DNA of 64,000 bases from Okamejei kenojei. Lineage: Eukaryota. The notes below the pieces were generated by a model. That model was not told where the DNA came from and ran no database searches. It saw only the letters and a list, made by a program, of their open reading frames with translations. This document shows, in pieces, positions 13,501 through 25,500 of the stretch (positions are counted from its first letter, which is position 1; every line of letters begins with the position of its first letter). The position numbers were made by a program, and so were the translations under genes. The DNA lies in the NCBI GenBank assembly GCA_035221665.1, contig CM069155.1:13578001-13642000 (forward strand), read 5' to 3'.

Positions 13501-16500
13501 CCATATACTACTGATCACAGGCCTCCAGTCAGAATAACACCCCTCCACCACTGTCCTCCATTTTCTACGGCCAAGCCAAATTTGAAACCAGTTTACCAAC
13601 TCACTTCGGATCACAATTTTCTTTCCTTCTCCCAAGGGAAAAAAAAATGTCATTGGATTACCTCATCAGAAATACGTTGATGCCAAAAATCTGCACGAAT
13701 TTGAACTTCATATCCTCAAATATTATGACTGAATTAGTTACAAATTCTTCTGCTTTAAAGTTGAAACATCTTAGCTTTAAGGTGAAGTAGATTTTTTGGT
13801 GACATACTATGGAGTATTGAGTACAGTTCTAGTCACCTCACTATAGGAAGGATGTGGAGACTTTGGAGAGGGTGCAGAAGAGGTTCTCCAAAACAAAGTC
13901 TGGTTTGTGTGTATTAGCTATAAAGAGAGATTAACATAGAACAGTACAGCACAGGAACAGGAACATCGGCCCACACCGTCTGTGCAGATCATGATGCAAA
14001 TTTAAACTGTACATTTTCCTGCACACGGTCCATATCCTCCATTTCCTGCCTGTTCTAGTGTCAGTCTCAATTACTCAAACTTTGTTATTCTATCTGCTTC
14101 CACCCCTACCCCTGGCAGCACCATCCAAGCACCACTCCGTAAAATAATGCAATACATGTCTGTGCATTATCTTCTGTAAACAGGCTAAACCCTAACAAAT
14201 GAGACTTCATTGGTGTAACTAATTTGAGTTACCTTTGGCACTGCCTCCTCAGCTTCCTCTTCATACTCCACTTCCTCTTTCTGTCGCAGAACACGAGGGA
14301 TTGTAAATGGTCTGTGGAAAGCAAGAGAGTGGATTATGGTAAATGAACAGATGATTCCAGCCTCTTTTTTTGTGAATTTAGTTGTGAATGCTAGAGTTTT
14401 AATCTACATGTCCACGTTTAAAATAATAAAATGCAGAGTCTTACAGCACAGAAACGAGCCCATCGACCCAACTCATCCATTCTAACCCAGATGCCCCATC
14501 TAGGCTAGTCCCATTTGATCGCGTTTGGCCCATATTCCCCTAACCCTTTCCTATCCATGTACCTGTTCAAGTGTCTTTTAAAATGCTGTTATAGTATTTG
14601 CCTCAACTATCTCCTCTGGCAGCTCATTCCATTTACCCACTACCCTGTGAGTTAAAAGTTTGTCCCCTCATGTTTGTATTAAATCTATCCTCTCTCGAAA
14701 TATGTCCTCTTTTTTTTTTGATTCTCCAAACCTGGGTAAAAGACTGCATTCACCCCATCAATTCCCCTCATGATTTTAGCCTGTCCTAGCCTGCCCAAAC
14801 TCTCCCTGTAGCACAACCCTTCAAGTTCTGGCAACATCCTTGTTAATCTTATCTAGGGAAATATGGCAATATGATTTCTGCAAATATAATGAGCAAAGTG
14901 CAACATGTAAGGCATGATTAGTCAGTTTACAGATTACATTAAATTAGGTGCATCATAGACAGTGAGGATGGCTATCAAGAATTACAAAGGGATCTTTGTA
15001 ATCAAATGGACCAAGGAATGCTAAATAGAGTTTAATTCAGATAAGCGTGAAATGTTGCATTTTGGGAAGTCAAACCAGGGCAGGACCTTCATGGTGAACA
15101 GTAGGGCCCTGGGGAGTTTTGTTGAGCAGAGGGATCTAGCAGTGCAAGTGCACAATTCCCTGAAAGTGACATTGCAGGTAGATAGGGTGATTAATGCATG
15201 TTTTGGCATGCTGGTCTTTATAAGTCAGGGAATCGTATAGAAGTTGGGCTGTTATCTTACAGTTGCAAAAGACATTGACAATATTCCGAGTCAATGTTAA
15301 AAAGACGTTGACTTGGAATATTGTATTCAGTTTTGATCATCTTGCTATAGGCAAGATGCTTTAACCTGAAAAAATTGCAGAGATGGTTTACATGGATGGT
15401 GTCAGGACACAGCGTCTGGCTATTGGGAAAGGTTGAGCTGGCTAAAACTTTACTCATTGGCGAGTAGGAGGCTGAGGGGCAATCTTATATAGTGTACAAA
15501 ATCATGAGGGGAATAGATAAGGTGAATTAAATAACCTTTTGCTCAGGGTAGGGGAAAAAAGAACTAGAGAACATAGGTTTACGGTGAGAGGGGAAAGATT
15601 CAATAGGAACCCGAGATGCAACCTTTTCCACACAAAGAGCGGTAGGGACATGGAACAAACTGCCATGTAGAAGGTGAGGCAGGTACAATATCAGCATTGA
15701 AAGGATATTTGGACAGGAACATAGATCGGAAAGATTTAGGGGGATATGGGTTGGGCTCTTTGCACACCTCATCAATTGTGACAATGCTTGTATGCTATAA
15801 CCGTTGTGCAAAGTGAAGCCAAACAGTATTGTTGGCAACAACATGTTCCTCCTCAAAGAACTTAATGCATTCCATGCTCACTTTGAACAGGTCAATTGAA
15901 TGATACCCACAATAGAGAATATGAACATATGAACACACTGAAGGGAAATTCTATTGATATTCTAATTAGTTCATCCTGCATAATCTTAAATAAAGTACAT
16001 CATAGGCTGTGGGCCGAGGAGCTTTTTCGTTCAAGTTCGTGACCCAACTTACAGAACTACCTGAGTTTTTAACATATTGTGTAATATTATGGATCTAGTG
16101 TACAATTAAAATCACCTCCAATTATTAGATTATGTTGTGTTAATTCCGGAATATTATTAAATACCTTCTTAAAAAACAATGGGCTATCAAAATTTGGTCC
16201 ATATACATTAACAAAAATCATTTTTTGTGTATTTAATTCTCCAATGACGATAATATATCTTCCATCTTTATCAGTTATAGTTGATGTATGTTTAAATAAA
16301 ATAGCTTTACGAAATAATATTGCTGCGCCTCTTGATTTATGTGTAAAAGAAGAGTGATACATTTTATCTATCCATTTAGCTTTCAATCTATGTTCAGCAT
16401 CTTTTTTTAGATGTGTTTCTTGAATAAAAATCACATCAGCTTTGTTTGCCTTTAAATGTGCAAAAACTTTCCCTCTCTTAATCGGTTCGTTAATACCTTT

Positions 16501-19500
16501 AACGTTCCAACTACAAAACGTTATTCCCTCATTCCCTATATTTATTTTTGGGTCCTGCATCTTTTGACTATGGAGGTCTGCAATAGAGTCTATGGTTCAG
16601 CACATCAGACCCGACCTTACACCCGAACATCGAATAGATGAATTTTAAGTCTCGTACATGTCTCTCACGTATATATCTCAACTGATCCAATATATAACTC
16701 CATTCAAATTGAAGAAAACCATAATAGATTATATGAGAAAAGAACAAAGGATAGATTAAGAGGTTAGTAATGTGCAAAAAGAGAGGAAAAACTACATCTA
16801 GAGTTGTTGCAGTTAGTGCTAGCCATACTAGCATGGCTAACCATCTACCGACTTCCATCGTTGATGTTGGTAACTTAACCAGCTCCCAGGTTTTTGGAAT
16901 TATTATTCCATAAAATTATTTTACCGGGGGTGTAGTATTAGAGAAAAAAAAGGAAAGGGAAAAAAGAGGGATAAAAATAGAAACTTATTTAGTAAAGGCA
17001 TATTTAACTTATAACAATTAAAGGTATAGAAATACATTTAAAACTTATTTAAACATCTAATTATTATAAACTATTATAAAGGTATAGAAATACAATTATT
17101 TAAGACTTATTTAAACATCTCATTAAACATGAGGAACAAAAAAAAAAGATAAAGTACATATTTAGAACTTAATTAAAAATCTATCAATTTTAAATCGAAA
17201 GAACAAAATAAAGACTTATTTAGTAAAGGCATATTTAACTTATAACAATTAAAGGTATAGAAATACGATTATTTGAGACTTATTTAAACATCTAATTATT
17301 ATAAACAATTATAAAGGTATAGAAATACAATTATTTAAGACTTATTTAAACATCTCATTATTATAAACATGAGGAACAAAAAAAAAAGATAAAGTACATA
17401 TTTAGAACTTAATTAAAAATCTATCAATTTTAAATCGAAAGAACAAAATAAAGACTTATTTAGTAAAGGCATATTTAACTTATAACAATTAAAGGTATAG
17501 AAATACGATTATTTGAGACTTATTTAAACATCTAATTATTATAAACAATTATAAAGGTATAGAAATACAATTATTTAAGACTTATTTAAACATCTAATTA
17601 TTATAAACAAGAGGAACAAAAAAAGGAAAGATATCAAAGTACACATTTAGAACTTAATTAAAAAATCTAACAGAAAGAACACAAAAAAAGGATAAAAAGA
17701 GAAAAGAAAAAAAAACCCAATCCATCCTAGAAAAAAAAGACAGAAATTAAGAATGAAAATTGCTGACAAAAAAGAAAAATCTCCAAAAGAAATCAATCCC
17801 TAATTTTAACTCTATTCATTCCAACATAGAAAATCATTAATTATTAGTAATTAGTAATTAATATTAATTAGTAAAAATAGTGTTAGTAGAAATACCGCAT
17901 TGTGTCTGTAATGTATATTAGTTATTTATATTAGTAGTGTAATGATATTAATTATTAGTATCCAAGTAAAGTTTTCCGATCCACTTCTTTCTCCGACTTC
18001 CATCCAACGTTGCCCAGTTCAGTCCAGTCCTGCATTGTTTTGTGGAGTCTTGCGAAGTCTTGGAGATTCTTGTGGCATTCTTAAGAGTCAATATATTTGA
18101 AAGTAGCTGCTTCTCAGGTCTGGATCTGACGCGCAAAGATTGCTGCTTCTGGGTTGGAAAAGAAATGCTCCTCGTTATTGAAGGTAACTCTTAGAGTAGC
18201 TGGATAATTCAGACCGTATTTCAAATGTGGCACTCCTCTCATAAGACTCTTAGCCTCATTGAATGCTTTCCGTTTCCTGGAAACTTCTGCAGGATAATCT
18301 TGGTAGATACTGATCCTGTGACCATCAAATTCCAGGTTTCTATTTCTCGAGGATCTCCGCATTATCTCATCCAAGACAAAGTCGTATTGTAGCTTTATGA
18401 TCATTTGTCTTGGAGGGGCATTTGCTCTTGTCTGACGTCTTCTGACTCTGTGAGCACGGGCTAATAAAGGCTTTTGTTCCAGAGATAAGACTTGTTATAA
18501 TAAGTTCGCAGTAAATTCTCGAGGATCTTCATCTTTCTCTCGTCCTTCAGGAATACCTGCAATTCTTAGGTTTTGTCTTCTCTGGCGACCTTCTAGCTCA
18601 GTACATTTCTCAGATATTTTAGTCAGTAAGTTCGTTAGACGTTCGTTTTCTATAATCAACTTAGCTGTAGTCGTAGCACTGGTAGCAGCTAGTTCTTCAA
18701 GGCCTTTTATACCGACCGTCTGTTGTTCCAGTACCTCTTCCATAGGCTTCAGCCTTTTTTCAAAGTCATTTTTGACCTTTTCAATTTTATTATCCATCTC
18801 CTTTCTCATTTCGTTCATCATTTCTGTAATTTCTTTCTTCAGATCTGCCGATATTTTCTTGGTCTTATTATTAATATTTGAATTTGTTTCCTGTTGGAAT
18901 TCTTTCATTTGTGTATTCATCTGGTTTATTTGCGTATTCATCTGGTTTATTTCTTCCTTTAAGCCAGCAATTTCGCGAGAAATGAAACTTTTCAATTCTT
19001 CACTTTCCGCTTTTTTCCCTGTTCTTTTCGATACATCTTCCTGGGATGAGACCCTACTTGAGTCCGAGGCTTCAGTTGGGCCTTCTGCCGGTTTCTGCCG
19101 GGTTGGTCGCCTTTTCTGTTTATCGGTAGGGCTGCGTGTTGTAGCCATAACTAGTCGCGCGCCTGATGACGTCACTCACAACAATCGGTGCAGAAACGGC
19201 AGGCAGCAAGCAGCAGGCAGCAGGTAGGTCCGTTAATCCACCGTTTTTTCCCGTTTTTTTCACAGAGCTGGCTGGCGTTGTCCTCTAGCCCTCCATAGCG
19301 CCACCGGAAGTCCCATTTGATTTATCTTTATAAAGTTATGATGTGAACTGTTAAATTAAAATGATAAATAACAAATGTAGAGCTAGGGTTAGGGTCAGGG
19401 TCAGTCTGTCGGTAGGTCGATGGATGCTGTGGAGGATCGGTCGATCTGTCGGGCCGTTGGGTCGTGAGAGTGGTTGACCAGGCCGGGCCGTCGGTGGGTG

Positions 19501-22500
19501 GTGAGAGTGGTCGGACGGCCAGTGGGTGGTGAGAGCGGCCGGCCGCCAGTGGGTGCTGCGAGTGGTCAGACGGCCAGTGGGTGCTGCGAGTGGTCGCTGG
19601 CTGCTGTTGCAGCGAGCGAGCGGGCGGGCAGTCCGACGGAGCCAGCGCTATGGTGGTGCTGAAGGCGGCCCGGGCAGCGTGCAGGGCAGTGCTGTTCCCC
19701 ACCATCATCACCACGATGATAGAGAAGGGCATGCTGACCGATGTGGACGCGCCGTGGGGCTACACGTACGGAGCCCGCAGCTGGTCCCAAAGCGGCTCCA
19801 GCTCCAGCCTTGGGCAGCTTTGGAAGGGGCGCGAGTTAGGGTTAGGCATTTTCCTGTCAGTGGAAGAAGCCTTAGCCTTCCCGCAGCCTGGCACTACCCC
19901 AGTCCTACAATGGCCGTGACCCCTACTCTGCACACTGGCAGTAAATGGGGGAACCCAGAGGAACTGCCCTCACCCATTAATTAGGCTGGTTCAGGAGCCG
20001 GACCTATGCGGCAGTCTCATTCAAAAAACACTCACAATTATATTAGTTGTATTATTTTTATATAAAATAATTATACATAATTATGTATGATCACAGTCAT
20101 ATTCACGTCATGGTGTAATATGGACATTGGACACTAGAAGGCGCTTACTTTTTCTATCTCATTTTCTTATTAATTTAATTAATTAATGTGCAACTTTTGG
20201 CACTGACGAGTTATGATTACCTTCTCAATTATATTTTATCTAAATTTGTACAAAATTTCATGTAGTTCCGAGACATGGGTCATGAACATTGATTTCTAGA
20301 CACATTTTTGATGCTCGGCCCACAGCCTATTGGTGATGCACGCTGCTAAATAATTTCAACGTGTAATCTTGAAAACCACAATCAAATATTCTAACAGTTT
20401 AGTAACATGCAATCATTTTTATATTAAAAGACTGACAGTCAGAAATACATTTGGTAACGTTAAAAATAAACGTATATTTCTCTATAATATATCAATCATA
20501 TTTATTTTGATAAACCGCCATTCATCCTACCTTCTGCTGATTAGTTCGTCATCAGAATCCACATCATTTGCTCCAATTTGATTAACATCATATGTGTCGT
20601 CATATTCATCATCATAGTCATCCCCATAAAACTGGTCTTCATCTACTGGTACATTCTCCACGACTATTCTGTAGGCATTATATCTTTCCCTTTGTTGTGT
20701 AATGTGAGTCTTATCATCAAGTAGGGTTTTTCCGTCTTCTCCTTTTCTGTAAAGTTAAGAAAAATATGATATTTTCTAAAAACTGGCCATGTATTTTGTA
20801 TTTCATAAATCCAGTAACATTGTGAAATGTGCGTGAAAAAAATTTAGAAGTAGCTTGCAAGCTATTGGGCAGCAGTGATCTGTCCTTCAGAGACATGGAT
20901 TGCTTACAATGTGCACCTCAAAACACTGGAGACAAACCACCAATGCTGTCCTCACAAGATCCTCCACATCCATTTGCAGTTTAAGCAGACAAATCTCAGT
21001 AGAGACAAAGTGCTGGAGCAACTCAGCAGTCAGGCAGTATCTCTGGAGAACATGAATAAGTGACGTTTCGGGTCAGGACTCTTCTGCACCCTGTGCTCCA
21101 CATGGACTTGCAAACATTTTTCTCCTCGCTATCCCCTTCCACATACATTTTTTCTTCTAGCTTCACAATTTGCAACTCTGTCTCACACCTTTAGTATTTT
21201 CATCTCTGGCTTTGGACCAACTATCTGAACTCTGTCCAACTATCCAAACCACCATTCCCCCATTCTCACCTAGATCTGCCGATCACTTTTCAGGCTTTGC
21301 CCACCCCTCTCTTCCAGCTTCCCCTACCACCACAATCAGTCTGAAGAAAAGTCCCAACCCAAAATGTCACCTATGCATGTTCTCCAGAGATGCTGCATGT
21401 TCCGCTAAGTTACTCCAGCACTTTGTGTCTTTTTAAAAAATAAACCAGGACCTGCAGATCTTTGTTTTTACAGACCAACATCAGTATCCTCTTGTCCTCT
21501 CCAGGTCAACCTTACCTCAGTGTTCTTGCCGTCCCAATATCAGACTACAAACAAGCACAGAACTCTCAACTTCATCACAGTAAGAGATTACAATTGGACA
21601 GTGGAAATGCTTCACAGAAATTCGCAGTCTCCATCTCTGACAGCCTGCGGACATCCATACCCATGACAAAAGTAAGCAGCATCTGGGATGGCACTGAAAA
21701 GCTGGAGTTTGTGTACTAGAAGCACACAGAAACCCAATGCAGATAATAGAAGAGCTGCATCACTTCAAAACCTGATCATCCACCTATCCAATCAGACATT
21801 TTTTGCACTATGTTTAGAAGAGTCTGAAGTTCTACAAATGGTCTCATTAGTTACTCAGAAATCTCAAAATGTGAGTGGAGACAAACCATTCTCGATCGCG
21901 ATCACTGTCTAAGAACCATCTCAATACCATTTACAATTTTGGACACCTTTATAAAATATGTTTTCATGTATCTGCTAAAAGGAGAATAATCTGGCTTTTA
22001 CAAGATCACTCATTCTTGGACGATTTTAGCAAATCTCCAAACGTTCTTTACCACCTTTCTAGTGTCTGATGTTCAGAATTGAACATAATAGGTGGAACTT
22101 AACAAGCGAATGTTAACCATTGATTACTTTTATTTTCCACAGATCAATGTTTAAGTAATATGCCTACAGCTCTGGAACCACATGAAAATGCATGGGACCG
22201 TTTCACTTTGCAAAGAGGCAAAAAACAAATATATATTTAATATAAATAATTGAAGGATTACAGAAAGAGGAGCAAATGAATTTTTCAACCAGAGTGCAGT
22301 TGGAGTATGGTCCACATATTCTTAAAGAATGTCGAGGCAGAAACTTTCAGTTTAACCAAGTCCTTAGATGTGAAGTTGAAGAAGTGTAATCCGCCTCAGT
22401 ATGCACCAGACACTGCTTGGTGGGATGAGGCTTTGTAGCTCTTTTACAAACAACATGTGGCCAAATATATGGAGAGGAAGGGTGTGGAGGGATATTGGCT

Positions 22501-25500
22501 AAATGCAGGCAAATGAGACTAATCCAGAATGCCAACCTGATCAGCATGGACAAGTTTGGCCTTGTACCATGCTGTATAGCTCTATGATTCTACCAGCATA
22601 AATATTCTATGCTTTTATATGAAGAATTTATAAGACAGGCAAGATGTACAAAGTATCACAAAAACCTATGCCCATTATCTAATGACGAGCAAAATGTACA
22701 GAGCAATTTCAGGTCTCAATTTATCCTCTTTTTTTCCTCAAGGAATGAGACTAATTCTTTATTAAGAACTAACCTTGATTCCACTAGAACTAAAATTCCT
22801 ATATGCAGAAGATTAATAGCCATAAGGTAAACTGAAGACAGAAAGCATTAGATATATTTAATGATTGTAATCTGTTTCAGTAATGTGGTGCAAGCAGAAA
22901 CCTGGCTGGTGGACAGAAACATTAGACAGTACATTTGGGAGCTACATCTTACTGCAGTTATTTTCAAGTATAAATTACAACAGCGCTTTAAACAGCTTTC
23001 AGTAGAGATGCACAACTAAGATAACAAAGAGGAATTGTGTAGTTTAGGAGCTAAAATAATAAAGCTAAAAGGGCAGCACGGTGGCGCAGCAGTAGAGTTG
23101 CTGCTTTACAGCGCTTGCAGCGCCGGAGACCCGGGTTCGATCCCGACTATGGGTACTGTCTGTGTGGAGTTTGTATGTTCTCCCCATGATCTGTGTGGGT
23201 TTTCTCCGAGATCTTCAGTTTCCACCCGTACTCCTGAGACGTACAGGTTTGTAGGTTAATTGGCAATCTATGTGTAAATTGTCCCTAGTGTGTAGGATAG
23301 TGTTAATGTGGGGGGATCGGACTCGGTGGGCCGAAGGGCCTGTTTCCACGCTGTATCTCTAAACTAAACAACATGCTTATGTTTTCAAGGAGTTAAAAAT
23401 CGAATAAGTTTTGACTTTTTAAAATTGAAACACAAACGCATTTCCTTGCTCTATTCCCTCCCCAACCTGTGTTTTGGGAACTGGTAATTCAGCGGACTGC
23501 CGCTTAGACTTCAATTTCCCCATTGGAAAACAAGTACAAAAATAAATTGAAATTACTGATGCATAGTCAAGCCTGTGAATTATATGGTGTGCAGTTAATC
23601 ACTGAGCAACCAAGGACAATAACATTTAATCCTTTTTATGTACAATGTATTTTGTTGGTTCATCTTAATCCTCTAAATTAAAAGTACAAAGAGACTGGCG
23701 AAAGCAAAAGATTCAATGCAGCACATCGAGAACTACTAATAACGGTTACATTTTGATTTGGATTGCCAAACTCACTTTTTGCCTTTCCAGATCTTGCTCA
23801 GGTCCACAGTATTTCTGTTGTAAACATCAAAGTCATCGTAGTCAAAAACATTTCGTCTCATTGACAGAACCGTCTCCTCATCCTGTTTCACCTTCCTAAT
23901 GAGAGCAAAATACAGTTTTGTATTTATACAAAATACAAAATAAAGAAATACAAAATATATATTAAAATAGGGAAAAAGCAAAACTGGATTCAGATACACG
24001 ACTTTGAGGTGTGAAGAATGTGCAAGCTTAAATCTTGACATCGATATGCTATATCCTTCTTTAATTATGTTTAAAACTCAAATGAAGGATAAATCACCAC
24101 CACAAAAAAATTTCTGGAGCTCCTCACATTAAACAATAGGCATCAACTTGATAATTTAATTCAAAATATGCAATCTCCATTTCAATGGTATACCACTGAT
24201 CTTTTGAAAATTCCTTTGTGCAATTCAACCAATCTTTGAAGCTACAGATGAATATAGGGTGTGTGGGAAAAAGAACAGAACTTTAAACCATGTCAATCTG
24301 TAATTATTCTTCTGATTGGCCATGCTTAATATGTCATCACAAAATTACCCAGTGAAAATTTCCCAAAATTATTTCCACGAGAATACCATGTAGCACTGGT
24401 TATGGCGAAGCAAAGAATATTTTTTAAACAATACTGGTGCCATGTCACAAATATTATCAGAGTCAACTGATTCAGGTTGACTGAGTTATAATGTTGGAGG
24501 AACATAGTAGATCAGGAGGCATCTGTGGAGATAAATATATAGAAGATGATTTGAGTCGGGACCCTTCTTCAGACTGATGCCGTAGAGGGAAGATAGCTGG
24601 AAGAATAAGATAAGATCTGAGGAAGGGATGGCGTAAAAGTTGATGAGTGATTGATGCATCCAGGCAAAGAGGGGTTGATTGCCAGATGCATTCAAAAATT
24701 ATGACTGCTTAAGTGCAGGCAGGAATAACACGATTGAGGCTTTGTGTCTTCAGGATATATAATGAACCAAAGCATTTTTGCTATTGAGTTAATGAAAGTG
24801 TGATTACAGAAGTAAAATATAACAAGTACAGAGATTCCAGTATCTACTAAATATTTACTGATATTAATGACAAATTATTAACTAAAAACTGTTTTCAGAC
24901 AGATTTAAACTGACCGCACATAAAAACTTGATAATCACATTCACTCTATGAGCTGTATCTAATCTAATGAAATATAAAATAAGCAAGCACAAGTTGTACA
25001 TATTTTATTATTTGAATTTGATAGACCTCATGTTCTGGGGTTGGAGAATCAGAAAGACTACAAAACACCACAACTAATATGGATAGACAACCCCTCTAGT
25101 CCGACGCAAAAAAAACTGCCTTTTCATTCCCTCCACAGATGCTGCCTGAGCCAACGAGTTCCTCCAGCACTTTGTGATTTGCTCAAAATTCCAGCATCTG
25201 CAGTTCCTCGTCTCCATTTCAACCAATCAATCAATCAGTTTTATTTGTCACATACACATATAGGTGCAGTGAAATAAATTTGCCAGCAGCGGTACAATTA
25301 AAAAAAAGAACACACAATACACTATAAGATTTAACACAAACATCCACCACAACATTCTTCACTGTGGTGGAAGGCACAAAGTACAGTCAGTCTAATATAT
25401 TCAGAAGCTGCTGTGAACAATATTAAATTTTTTAGTTCTTCCTGGGACATGAATCGTGCCCAGAAGAAAGGTTTCACAGTTATATTTGGCCATAAAATAT

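Larger units (their letters stand above)
16003..20329 (+). mobile_element. Non-autonomous TIR DNA transposon carrying a CHST14 fragment, copy 1 (interrupted by L1)
   Basis: TIR TAGGCTGTGGGCCGAG...CTCGGCCCACAGCCTA; body homologous to 40969-42128. Confidence 0.88.

Noticed and set aside
16981-17670. Regular repeat array considered as CRISPR-like
   Set aside because: It is a plain tandem repeat with no unique spacers, in a eukaryotic L1 context.
23071-23150. tRNA-like A/B boxes (also ~35520-35584 and ~38030-38095)
   Set aside because: These are SINE heads followed by SINE body and tail, not tRNA genes.
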